Shown one piece after another: positions 11,966 to 25,056 of a stretch of 64,000 nt of DNA. Both the position numbers and the translations under genes were made by a program. The stretch is taken from NCBI RefSeq assembly GCF_001194135.2, contig NC_068994.1, forward strand, positions 59,895,565 through 59,959,564. Direction: 5' to 3'. Origin of the DNA: Octopus bimaculoides. Lineage: Eukaryota. Each line of letters opens with the position of its first letter. Within the stretch, counting starts at the first letter, position 1. A model generated the notes under the pieces. That model did no database searches. It was not told the origin of the DNA and worked only from the letters and a program-made list of their open reading frames with translations.

Positions 11966-12689
11966 AGCGAGTGAGCTATTCGACAGCATACACATTTGGT
12001 CACGAGAAACAAATCATTATTGCAGGTTGTTCAAATAATTGGTAGAACCGTCTTTCTCGGACTACGAGACACTACTGTCATGTATGTAAGTCAGTGTTCA
12101 GTTTTATTTCAAGATTTCTTGCCAATAGAGAAGAACAAAGTTCCTTCATTGGAATTTCCATATCAACAACAGGGTATTTTTGTTTGTTTGTATGCATACA
12201 TACATATATACGTAAATACATACATACATACATCGAAGCGACAAGTCGCGTTTTTGGCGTGGGAGACTATTTATCGAAAATGCAATGAATGCTATCTTTG
12301 GAGCCTAGTTAAATAGCTGGTTAATCTTTAGATGAATTGTATGTATGTGTGTGTATGCGCGCGCGCGTATGCGGTGGCGGCCGCTCGTTCCGCGGGCGGT
12401 CGTCTGCCACCTCGTCGGCGCTTGGTTTCACTAGACAGTTGATCCTTTCACGCTCGTCACTTATTAGATGACCAGACAAGGGAACTTGGTTGGGATCGGA
12501 CTCAAAGTAGTGTGGTCCCAGACTAGACACAGCAGTTGTCTGATAAGTAATGCATTGTTACATGAGAAAGAGGTTGACCCTCTTTCAGGATGGGTCAATT
12601 GGAAGTTTACTAGTTGCGGCTTCTCCTGGCGATATTTCTGAAGTGTAATATCTCCCTCGCTGATCAAAATGGTCTCCAGTTTTTGTAGT

Positions 12690-13270
12690 GGAAATAAAAG
12701 AGAGAGANNNNNNNNNNGGGGGGGGGTGAAAAAAGAAAAAGAATTTTGAAGGAGACAGAGAAAGCGAGAGTAAGAAGGTAGGGGAAAATGGTCTAAAAAG
12801 GAGAGAGAAAATTATAGAAAGAGAGAGAGAGAAATTTGTAGGAAGAATAAAGAGAAAGAGAGAGTGTGTGTGTGTGTGGTATGAGAGAGGGGATAAGAAA
12901 GAGGTAGGGAATGAGAGAGGGAGAGGGATACAAACTAAATGGAAAATGAAGAAAATATTAAAGAAACAATTTGGTTCGCAAGAAGGAAATAGAAGAGAGA
13001 GGGGAGGGAGAGAGAGAGGAAGTGTGTGTGGAAGAGAGATGTATATGCAGAGAGGAAGATAGGAAGAGAGAGAGAGGGGGGATAAAGATAGTAAAGAAGA
13101 GAGGTGTAGAAAAAGGGATGCAGTGAGAAGGGAAGAGAGAGAAGAAGAAGAAGAAAGTTGGGGAGAGAGAGAGAGAGAAGGCAGAAGAGGAGGTGGTGGG
13201 TGAAATAAGAAGAAGTGAAAGAAAGAAAGAAGAAAAAAGGAGTGAAATAAATAAAGTGAAAGGGAAGAGA
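12690..13270. repeat. Purine-rich (GA/GAA) low-complexity tract
   Basis: Direct read. Confidence 0.85.
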
Positions 13271-13938
13271 AAGGATTGAAATGTTTGCGACAGCCATTAC
13301 TGAAGACTGACCTGGAAGCGGTTATTAGAGGAGGATGGTCCGGTTCCGCTCCTCTCTCTCTTATTTCCTCTTACAAGGGGGCGCTGCTATTTACGGCTTC
13401 AAAACAAACTTCTGCAAAGTGTGATTTCAATTCAACTGGTTCACTCTATAATCAGCTTCAGCCGTCGGACGGCGCCTGTGCTGGAGCACCACCTTCAACA
13501 GGTTTGATCAGTGCTTCTCAAAGGGTGGAGTTGTGAGGATTGAAAAAAGAGCGGGCAAAACGGCATGTCTAATTATTTCGTTTATACATTCACACACATA
13601 TATAAACACACACACGCACATATGAACCCATAATTCTGAGAAATCAGGTACCTGTTGAAAGAAGAATTGTATAAACGCAACTCTATTTTCTTAATACAAA
13701 TCTTACCGATATTTTTGGAGAGATGAACCAGTGCTTATTGGTTTGAGTACAGACGGTTGAATCAATCATATCGGACCTCATTACTGTTTTTAATCTGGCA
13801 AAGTACCTGTTTTCGAAGTAAACGGACGGAACTCGACACACCGTATACAAAAACATATGCATATACACATAGATACCCCACCCCAAATGTACATACATAC
13901 ATACATACATACACAGCATATTTTAGTCATGTGATACG

Positions 13939-14440
13939 AAAGTAGACCTGGGGGAAAGACTGCAGTGTCCCCAAGCTGTCCAGACAACCTTGGGGCCTGA
14001 CGTAGTTTTGTCGTCTGAGAAGGCAAAGAAAATAATCCTGATCGCCCTTAATACCCCGTGAGAAGAAGAGTGCATTCAAATCTTTGAATGGAGGCGCGTG
14101 CCAAGTAGCAGAGCAATTTCCAGGATTTCAGTGAGAAGAGGTGGCGGTCATGGTTATTCCCAGTCGAAATTTGGTGTAGGGAATTCCCTGTCCAGTCAGT
14201 ATGGAGAACGATTACAGCCATTGGAATAAGAAGAAGAGAGCGAAAGGTAGCTGGATACAGAATGGGAGAGGCAACGGAAAGAGCCTCTTGATTGGTTGTG
14301 GAGCTAGAAAGAGGAGTTAAGCAGGAAGCCAGGAGATGATGAGATATGGCCACCACTTCCGACTCACCAACGGGAGTGTGTTACGGTTCAGAGCCGAAAC
14401 AACCAATGATCGTTGGATAGCATATCAATTTCTCCTGGTT
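13939..14440 (+). mobile_element. RLE-type non-LTR retrotransposon 3' end, HERO-like
   Basis: Frame-joined KVDLGERLQCPQAVQTTLGPDVVLSSEKAKKIILIALNTP*EE...WRSWLFPVEI.C..FPVQSVWRTITAIG...RMGEATERAS, resembling the PD-(D/E)xK RLE end of HERO/NeSL-group elements as I recall it. Confidence 0.7.
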
Positions 14441-14922
14441 AAAACCACGTTCAGCAAACGAGAAAAAATTTCTAGCTGTAATTAATATCATACATTTGTG
14501 AGTTTATGTGTGTGTGTATACATACATATACACACAATTATGTATGCGGTGTGTGTGTATACACACATACACACACACACAAGAGATAACCATCATAGGA
14601 TACCTAGCACGCTTCCAATCCAGGATTTAACGTCCGCGAATTCTCAAATGCCTCAGGCCACCGATTATCTGACGCCAACTGACCCTACCACGTGGACACA
14701 TTTCCAATTATCTGGCATCGCTATTTTGTCAAACTGTTCACATGGCTTCAACTGACCAATGGAACCACAAATATTCTCACTAAGAAGCCATCTTTCAGCT
14801 GAAGATGGAGAGGGACGTCTGCACCGACAAAGCTTTAAAAGAAGAGTCGATTTGAGTCAATATCTAATCAAATACTATGTACGTACGTGTGCATGTATGC
14901 ATGTATGTATGTATGTATGTGT

Positions 14923-15142
14923 TATTTCTTTACTACCCACAAGGGGCTACACACAGAGGGGACAAACAAGGACAGACAAACGGATTAAGTCGATTATACC
15001 GACCCCAGTGCGTAACTAGTACTTATTTGATCGACCCCGAAAGGATGAAAGGCAAAGTCGACCTCGGCGGAATTTGAACTCAGAACGTAGCGGCAGACGA
15101 AATACTGCTAAGCATTTCGTCCGGCGTGCTAACGTTTCTGCC
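14923..15142 (-). mobile_element. tRNA-derived SINE, family C (CORE-like)
   Basis: gaccccgaaaggatgaaaggcaaagtcgacctcggcggaatttgaactcagaac, repeated at 26690, 26832 and 47839. Confidence 0.85.
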
Positions 15143-15155
15143 ATGTATGTATGTA

Positions 15156-15194
<39 letters not shown>

Positions 15195-15264
15195 ACGTAT
15201 GCACGCATGTATGTATGCATGCATGCGTGCATGTATGTATGTCTACACGCACGCACGCATGTGC

Positions 15265-15371
<107 letters not shown>

Positions 15372-16593
15372 GAGACGGACAGACAGAGAGACAGACAGAA
15401 AAGGAAGAAAAACGACAACTCGGTAAAGAAAATGACAGAATCTAACACCTGGAAATGATAAAGCACTTGAAATGTGAAATATTAAAATGGTGGAAAAAGA
15501 CAATATGAAGATGAGTTGATGACATTCAATGGAGGAGCAAATGTTGTCAGTTAAATTGTGAAATTGTTGAGAAGACCTTTATCTCACGCCTCCTTCACTA
15601 CGGAATTGATCTGGCATCGCTGAATTTTAACAATGATAACAATTGACCGATTACTATTGATATATATTAGACTTGCCATTGTTATTATAGCGTAGCGGTA
15701 GTGGTGATGGAGGTGGTAATGGATTGTTGTATTGATGTGGTTGTTGTTGTGGTGGTAATGATGGCGGTGGTATTACTGGTGGTGGTGGCGGTGGTGAGGT
15801 GTTTATTTTTCATGTGCTGACGTTTAATGATGATTATGATTACAATAGTGTTGGTGATGTGAAGTCTATAATGACGGTGACCAAGGCCAAGTGGTTGTAA
15901 TAACTGTGGTGGTGATGGTGATGGTGATGGTGATGGTGGTCCATGTAACGAAGATGATTGATGGTAGGGTGTGGTAGGTGTTCTGTTGAGTTTGAACTTC
16001 CGCTGTGCCTGCAACAACCGCAATTCCGATCTTAAAGTCTTAACAGATGAGGTGCCTCAAAGTAACTGACACAAACAGCCGACCACAGACCGTCCATCAT
16101 ATCAACGATTGTTAACAATGAGACGATATAATTCGGAACAAAATCTACCGATAAGTCTCTACACTCCACAATTAACCCCATTCGTTAATCACATGGGGTG
16201 TGTTGTCACCTCAAATTTTGTTAAATATTCGTAATTTCTAGTTGGCAACCAAAGAATGAGGCTGTTTTACACAATACTAAAACTACAAATATGCTTGTAT
16301 TGGGGTGTGTAACTAACCGAGTTCGGAAAGGTCAGGTGACTAACGAAGGGTTAACAAAAGGACTAATACTATTGTTGGTATCTGTACCAAGAATTGCTTC
16401 AATTTCTTTAAAATTTGATTGATATCAAAGTTATTCAAAAAATATAGCATAACCGAAAAGTTACTCACCGATATACCAAATAATATAACAGTTTTTACTT
16501 ATCTAGTTTTAAGGTGTGTGTGTGTGTGTGTGTGTGCACGTATGTATGAACGCATAACACATACACACACACACACACACACGTATCGATACA

Positions 16594-16800
16594 TATAAAT
16601 GACACTTCTGTCTGTCCGTCTGTCCGTCTGTTACCAACTTAGTGCCTAAACCACCGAACCAATACTCACGAGACGTTGCACACATGTCACACGAACACCC
16701 ACTTCAATAATAGGCTATTTGGATTTCAATAAAAGTCTATGATGTGCCCCTCAGAGGCGTCGGGTAAATTATTAAAATGGTTCCACAATTAGCCTAATTC
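16594..16800 (+). mobile_element. Possible non-autonomous Helitron/HINE-like fragment
   Basis: ctgtctgtccgtctgtccgtctgt followed by cctaaaccaccgaaccaat resembles the 5' layout of DINE-1/HINE-type elements. Confidence 0.4.
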
Positions 16801-17983
16801 GTATTCGTTATATACACGTTAAGTCGATATTATAAACATAGAAGTAGTTAAAGGTACTTCGTTCGAACCTCCCTAGTTAAGTATCTGACGTGTGTGCATG
16901 CGGGTGGGGCACACAATGAGTCGTTGTTTACAGTTCCGTGTCAGGACTGATTCAACCGACTGACATTCCTCCACTATTTTCACACATCGTATCAATGACT
17001 ACATTATGCTATGTAGTCTTCGCACCAACCACTACCTTTTTCTCAAAGATGATGCAGTATAGTTTGGAAGATATGTGGCTACTAATTTTAGCAGATCGAG
17101 CGACTACGTAGAGTTTGCACCTCGTTCACTCCCGAGAGTTCCGGTTTCAACCCGATTGAACGAATTTAACCGATAATTCCACCGAGCACATAATGTCACT
17201 CAAATTCGTCCAACACCGACCCTAAAACCTTCCGAGTTATACAAATGGAGCAATGAGGCAGCCCCAAGAAACAGCTGTAAGACTTGTAAAACCATACCGT
17301 CTCCCCTTAATTTTCTGTGTCTTTGTACTCTGTATAAGTCTGCTCAGTTAATATATATCTATAGATTTATACACGAATGTTCATCATCTTAATATCTTCA
17401 GTCTTTGTTTTCTCTGCATTTACATGTATATATATATATATAATATATATATATANNNNNNNNNNNNNNNNNNNNNNNNNNNNNNNNNNNNNNNNNNNNN
17501 NNNNNNNNNNNNNNNNNNNNNNNNNNNNNNNNNNNNNNNNNNNNNNNNNNNNNNNNNNNNNNATATATATACATATACATCTAGCCCAAACTGTTTCATT
17601 TGTTTATTTTCATCGTTCTCTCTCTCTCTCTCTCTCTCTCACTCACTTTCTCTCTCTCTCTCTCTCTCCCTCCCTCTCTCTCTCTCTATCTCTCTCTCTC
17701 TCTGTGTTAAGCAATTCAAGGAATTGTCCAGGCAGCTAGATGAAAGTCTTTAACGACCAAAAATGACATAAAAGTATTCGACAGAGAATTAGCTTTCTAG
17801 AAGTACATATACACACGGTCGCGTGCGTGTATATATATAGATACTCCTAGGTATTCATTATTAGAATGATATGGCAATTAAGCACGTGTATGTGTGTGTG
17901 TGTTTCTTTTTACGTATATGTATGTACCGTATACATGGGAGACAGAAATACATACATTACATATATACACAAATATATGCACA

Positions 17984-18023
<40 letters not shown>

Positions 18024-18311
18024 CAAAGTAAATAAAACATGTCGCTACATATTTATAAATTGCCTTTTTTTCCTTGTAAAATCTGGAATCACTGCCTCAT
18101 CAATAAATACTTCATTTCAAACCTCAAAGAATACCCTAATCGCCGACAATATTTCATTCAAGACAGATTTTCAAAGTAATTTCATTCCAATGACACAACG
18201 TCTATGTTATTGGGTTTAACAGGGCTTATGAAATGTCAAGTCACCAATGTTGGATGTTTAATAAAATAGTTAATCATCTGGGGTTTTTTTAACCATTCGC
18301 ACACGCGCTCA

Positions 18312-18362
<51 letters not shown>

Positions 18363-18711
18363 ATCTGAATTTAAATGTTTAGAACTTATACATACAGCTC
18401 TATCAATTTATTTTATGTGTGACGTCGTGGGTAGATTTAGAAAATGCATGTCCACTTAATCTGGTATTACGAGAATAAATATTTACTCCATCGCATGCAT
18501 TAAGTAATCATCATCGAATTCCAATTTGCTTCACTTCTCAATGAATAGCAGATGAGTGACTCTCTTTCCATACAGACACAACACAGGAGGATGCGCTTTC
18601 AGGTTTTGGGGATAAAGTCCTCAGAAATAATCTAATAAGTTTACCATTAATTCCGTGAAATATTCACGGGTCCCGCTAGTTATTATTATTATTACTGTGT
18701 GCGTGTATGTG

Positions 18712-18750
<39 letters not shown>

Positions 18751-19074
18751 GTGTATGTTGTAAGGGGATCCTTTTAACTCCTACCCAGTGTGCCTTACAA
18801 CAAACCTTCATCTCCGTCAACAGAATCAGACATTTTCACGAGAAAACTCTTTAAGAAACCTTTGTTTTCATAAATAAACAACAAACAAACACTTTGCGCT
18901 CGCGTGTGCCAATTCAAAGTTGATGGTATATATTTCAACATATAATGTACCGCTTGCAACGAACATTGACTAAATTAGTCCCGAGTGGGGATTTCGGGAG
19001 TAGCAACAGTCAGGGAGTCGAACGGAATGAATAACTTAAAGATTATTCATCTATGAGTTTGCATGTTTGTATTA

Positions 19075-19107
<33 letters not shown>

Positions 19108-19193
19108 CAGGTGAGAGCGTGCGCTAGCATGTGCATACAAAAGTGTGTGTATGTACACTTAATACAAAGCATATGTCCAACTCATCTGGGTGC

Positions 19194-19240
<47 letters not shown>

Positions 19241-20253
19241 TGTGTGTAAACACCCACTGACGTTACGAATGTGGATTCCACAATGTGTGCAGACAAATAT
19301 AACAGTGATGCGTATTTTGTAACTGAGGCAAATATTACATATGTACAGTGTGGCAAACAGTCAAAGAGAAGCCACCCTCGCGCCCGCACACGCGCACCAG
19401 ACGCAGATAATCAGATACAGATAAACATAGACAAATAATGACACTTTGTAGTAAAATGATGGACATTGATAAAACCGACTTCGAAACGCAGAGGAAGAAA
19501 TGCAGGACATGGTGGAAACAAAGCTGCTCTTCACTATTCGAGGAAGAAAAGTCGCAGAGATTTACTTTCCTTCAATAATACTTCAGTGTGTTGGCCATAT
19601 TTAAACTGTTCCCTGTCGGCTGCATTCATTTCCGCCAGCCTGAACAAGTTTATTCATTCAAATAAACACAGTTTCGGATTTATCAACCCATATCACATTA
19701 TTAGTAAATATGTTTATGCTTTTTCTATACGAGTATGTGTGCGGGGTTTCTACAGAAATCCCACCTTTAACCTGCTGGGTGTTTGGGTCACCAGTGAAGA
19801 CATTTATTCTCAATGTAAGTGGGGTAAATCGAACTCATAAACACGGCCTACTTCCCAGCTATGCGAGAACTGGGGTCGTACTTAACGTTACACACTAACA
19901 AGTCACATATCGTTATGCAACGACCCGGATATAACACTGGTATTTATTATAAATGTAGCACAAAGTGAAATGAATCAGCGAAATGTAAGTAATACGGATG
20001 TAACTACGACACATGGAGTGAGAAATTAGAGGCGTATGAGTGCATGTACCATTTATTTGTATTTACTTATACTCTCTCTCTCTCTTTTTCTCTTTTTCAC
20101 ATGTACATGTGTGTATAAAACACACATATACACACACACGCGCGTGCGGCAACAGCACCAAGCCTGCTTGGTTTGTAGGATGGCTTTTGGACAGCTTGCG
20201 GGATGAAAAACAAGACCAGTCAAAAGACGGATGAACCAAGTCAACAACTTACA

Positions 20254-20296
<43 letters not shown>

Positions 20297-20298
<2 letters not shown>

Positions 20299-20470
20299 GG
20301 GCTGTATGTTGTGTTCTTGAGCAAGACATTTTATTTCACGTTGCTGCAGTTCACTCAGCTGAAGAAATGAGTTGCGACGTCACAGGTGCCAAGTTGGCTG
20401 TATCGGCCCCTTTGCCTTTCCCTTGGATAACATCAGTGGCATGAAGAAGAGAGGCTGGTGTGCATGGCCC
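20297..20470 (+). mobile_element. SINE family D fragment
   Basis: tgttgtgttcttgagcaagacattttatttcacgttgctgcagttcactcagctg core; starts at a (TA)n. Confidence 0.75.
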
Positions 20471-21594
20471 ATAGATATAATGCAGTGCCAGAGATAGGGT
20501 ACGAACATCCGACGCAGTGGATGGCTCTTCGCCCTCTCTACTGATTGGCTCGATTATCCACGGATCTCCCCGTTGCCACGACCTTATCAGATATTAGTGC
20601 AGCGGGAAACATATTTCCAATGGTTTGAAGGAAATTTACTTGGTGACAACCACTTAGCGGCTCTCTGGCTGACTCTGGTGTTGTCGGTAGATCACAGAGC
20701 TAAATATAACCTCTGCAGAAGATCTCAAATACGTGGAGGCATTGTGGAAATCCTGCACATTATTCATTTACAAAATCAGGAGCCAATGGCGACGATAAAA
20801 CGACTGTTATTTTATTAATTATTCACTGATATTCACAACTGTTGCCTCAACTGTGTCTCACCCACCAACATTCCCACACAGTCCTTTTGCCTCCAGCTCT
20901 ACAAACACTCGGAATTCACATGTGTCCCCGCAGGGATCAAGATCTTAATCAATATTTTGCCTCTTTCGAGTAGAACCCGACTAGTTTAAACCAAATCCAC
21001 ATTTACACACACACACACGCACAAACTCATGAAGACAAAATTTGATACAATGAACATAAATGTAGCTATGAGCCTCCACGTGACCAGTCGACCTGCTAAA
21101 ATCGGAGCTGAATACTCCTCAAATGGTACCCTACCGTCTTTATGAAAAAAAAGAGGATACACTGGTCAATGTACTCCTAGATACACTTTTCCAGAGAATA
21201 AATGAGATGATTACGACCAGAAAACACACACACACACTTTTATATGCAAGAGTACAGAACCTTCCCCTCTCACCACCCTTTATGTGCAAACATACGATTT
21301 CTTATCTCTTCCGCTACAACCGTCTGAAATCTCTTAGCAACGTGTAAAGAAGCCCGTCTTGTCTGATTGGTTGTCTGTGGCTCTGCTATGGTGCAGCAAT
21401 GTTCTCACGACCCGCAAAACACTTCGAAATCCCACTCAGCACCAGTGACAAGGGAAAACATACAGCGTCACAGGAACAACGCTGCAATAGAACATTTGCT
21501 ACATCGCATTCGCTTATTTTGTTTTCATACTTTCAGTGTGTGTGTGTGTGTGTGTATCCTGTTTTTGGAAACTGCAAGTTAGTGTAATATATAT

Positions 21595-21631
<37 letters not shown>

Positions 21632-21946
21632 NNNNNNNNNNNNNNNNNNNNNNNNNNNNNNNNNNNNNNNNNNNNNNNNNNNNNNNNNNNNNNNNNNNNN
21701 NNNNNNNNNNNNNNNNNNNNNNNNNNNNNNNNNNNNNNNNNNNNNNNNNNNNNNNTGTGTGTGTGTGTGTGTATCCTGTTTTTGGAAACTGCAAGTTAGT
21801 GTAATATATATATACATACATATATATATAGTTTTAGGGAAAAGAACCAAGGTTCATGAACTCATCGATTAATTTTATTTTAATTTTTAATAAATTGAAT
21901 TTAACTGAGTTTTTACCTGTAAATTTGGATTTTTATCCCTAATAAT

Positions 21947-22004
21947 AATGCCCTGACGCAGTACCAGGCAGTGGTAAATGCCCTGATGCAGTACCAGGCA
22001 GTGG
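21947..22004. repeat. 30-bp-period tandem duplication (aatgccctga[c/t]gcagtaccaggcagtgg x2)
   Basis: Direct read; one mismatch between units. Confidence 0.9.
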
Positions 22005-23029
22005 CTTTCATGGCTTCTGATCTTAATTGATTGGAAGTGTTATCATGTACATTGTTTTGTCTTGGTATAAAAAGATGGGCTACAGCAAATATTCTGCTTA
22101 ATACCACAGAGGTAATACTAAGAGGTAAATTTCCATTCATTTAGAACTTGTTGCAACCATGGCTCGTTCCATCCAGTTCGTATTTATTGTATGGCCTGGG
22201 GAAGGATAGAGGCGATTCAGGTGAGATTTGAACTCAGGATGTAAAAAGACACTATAAATACAATATTCCAGCTACATTAACACTTCTACCACTGCATCTA
22301 CCTTAGTAGTTGCGATATCAACGGCACAGTGCCGCCAAATATATATGAGAGGAGTATTGTTGACTGGTTCTTGTACCATTGACTCACAACAGGCATGAGA
22401 AGAATCGGTTAACCATTCTTCCATTTGAGTAGAAAGATGGAGCTAAATGATGCCTAGTAATTGAATACTGCCTTCCACCGTCCGGGCTATTCCACCGCTC
22501 TACCTTAGCTTAACAAATATGCGTCTGTTATTTAATATTTCCGTAATATCTACAACAATGATCCGTCTTCCTTTGCCGTACGGTGGCTTTTTGGCCATCA
22601 TTGACTGTTAAAGTCAGGAACAAAAATACTGCTTTCTTTGTAGCATGACACGAGACACCCACCCTCTCTGTCTTTCTCGCTCTCTAGCTTATATGTTTCC
22701 TACAAAATGAAGGGCTCTGAATGATCAGGGGTTGCTTCTTCCTACTTTCCCCTACCTTTTCATTCCTCCCCCTCCCCATATCTGAAATACTTAACAACAG
22801 ACTTCACTCAAAACTCCTTCAAGTATTATTAAGCACCAGCTTTATTTTCTGCTGATGTTGCAGCGTTTACACGACATTTCAAACTTCTCTTCCAACGTTC
22901 TCCGGATTCGACTTTTTTTACGTGTTTGTTTAATCAACGGATGAGTAAAAAACATATATATATATATGTGTGTGCGTGTGTGTAGATATAGATATATATA
23001 TAAACATACATACATTCACATATGCATAC

Positions 23030-23236
23030 GTTGCCAGTACCTCCTGACTGGCCTTCGTGCCGGTGGCACGTAAAAGCACCCACTACACTCTCGGAGTGGT
23101 TGGCGTTAGGAAGGGCATCCAGCTGTAGAAACTCTGCCAAATCAGATTGGAGCCTGGTGTAGCCATCTGGTTCACCAGTCCTCAGTCAAATCGTCCAACC
23201 CATGCTAGCATGGAAAGCGGACGTTAAACGATGATG
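23030..23236 (+). mobile_element. Family B: 5'-truncated RTE-type 3'-UTR copy with (GAT)n tail
   Basis: ggcgttaggaagggcatccagctgtagaaac...ggaaagcggacgttaaacgatgatgat; several copies in the window. Confidence 0.85.
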
Positions 23237-23961
23237 ATGATGATGATGATGATGATATCCAAAATATTGACCTTACAGCATACACATGCGACTTCACTTT
23301 TTTCTAGGAATATATTTACATCAACGATTAACATAGTTATACAATTAAAAATTAAAAATTAAAAACAGCAAAAGCTTCACACATTCACGCACGCACGCAC
23401 ACACACGCACAGACACATACACACACCTCATTAAGCGAGATATCGGATAAACCGGACGTTAAAAAGCCAACAGTCTGTGTTGATTTCGGCCGCCATGTTT
23501 GTGTACCAGTGTTGTAAGATTTACCAAAGCAGAGCTACAATCCGGGCTGTTCTAAGCGTCAGATCATAAATGTCATCATAAATATTAAACTCCCTCAATA
23601 ATACAACCCCGGATAATAATGGGAAAATAATTTTTCTGCACCCTTTTATGAAATATTATTTGTGACAGTTCTTCTGAACCCATAGTTTGATGTATCGTGA
23701 GATTCACTGGATTTGAACGAGAGATAATGGGAGAATGAAAAAAAATAAGGGCTGAAACCGAGCGGTATTTCACGACTACACATCCTGTTTATTATTAATT
23801 TTTACACCCCTCTCTAAGAAATATATCTTTTCTTTCAAGCACTCATATACACCACAGAATCCGGAAAACTAGCACTATGAGTCCTATATCACTCAGGATG
23901 TCAAAGGTGTAAGCATTAACACTGTTGATGTTGCTACGGCTGTTCACACCATTCTTACAAC

Positions 23962-23992
<31 letters not shown>

Positions 23993-24263
23993 CGTCTATG
24001 TACATGTCCGTATACATGTTTGTGTGAGTGTGTACGCATGTAGAACTTGATAACGCAGGAGGTTTATGCCTACGTATTGTGAGAATATGGTTGCGTGTAT
24101 TTTCTATCTTTTTTCTAATAAAAGTAACTTCCCTTTTATTCAACGGTTTTTCATAGCGTCTGTTGCCGTTAATAACCGACGAGAATGTATCATAGCTCTT
24201 CGCTCCGACTTTCGAAACTCCGAGTACTATAATGACAACCTTTTACTGTTTGTTCTAAATTAT

Positions 24264-24301
<38 letters not shown>

Positions 24302-25056
24302 TAATGAAAGACGGAAGATGGAATATACGACAATTTATTATGAATCACGACAATATAATATGTATGTATGTACCAACTGCCTGTGTCGTTTTCCGTTGTC
24401 TTGTCTCATTCTGTCGTTATTTATCTCAGTATCCTGCCCTCCCCCCGCCACATACACACACTCTCACTCTCTCTCTCTCTTCCTGGGGCTACAAGCTACA
24501 GTAGTATCAACCCTTAANNNNNNNNNNNNNNNNNNNNNNNNNNNNNNNNNNNNNNNNNNNNNNNNNNNNNNNNNNNNNNNNNNNNNNNNNNNNNNNNNNN
24601 NNNNNNNNNNNNNNNNNNNNNNNNNNNNNNNNNNNNNNNNNNNNNNNNNNNNNNNNNNNNNNNNNNNNNNNNNNNNNNNNNNNNNNNNNNNNNNNNNNNN
24701 NNNNNNNNNNNNNNNNNNNNNNNNNNNNNNNNNNNNNNNNNNNNNNNNNNNNNNNNNNNNNNNNNNNNNNNNNNNNNNNNNNNNNNNNNNNNNNNNNNNN
24801 NNNNNNNNNNNNNNNNNNNNNNNNNNNNNNNNNNNNNNNNNNNNNNNNNNNNNNNNNNNNNNNNNNNNNNNNNNNNNNNNNNNNNNNNNNNNNNNNNNNN
24901 NNNNNNNNNNNNNNNNNNNNNNNNNNNNNNNNNNNNNNNNNNNNNNNNNNNNNNNNNCAATTTATTAATAAATCAACAATTAATAATTTTTACCAAGCCC
25001 TTCGGTATGTAAACACCATTATCGGTGGAGAACTTATTTAAAAGTTCATATACATT

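Noticed and set aside
17246-17285. GAA-ACAGCTGT-A hammerhead-like half
   Set aside because: The CUGANGA core is too degraded (gcaatga)
21533-21830. ~75-bp direct repeat on either side of an N-gap
   Set aside because: Typical overlap of unmerged contig ends
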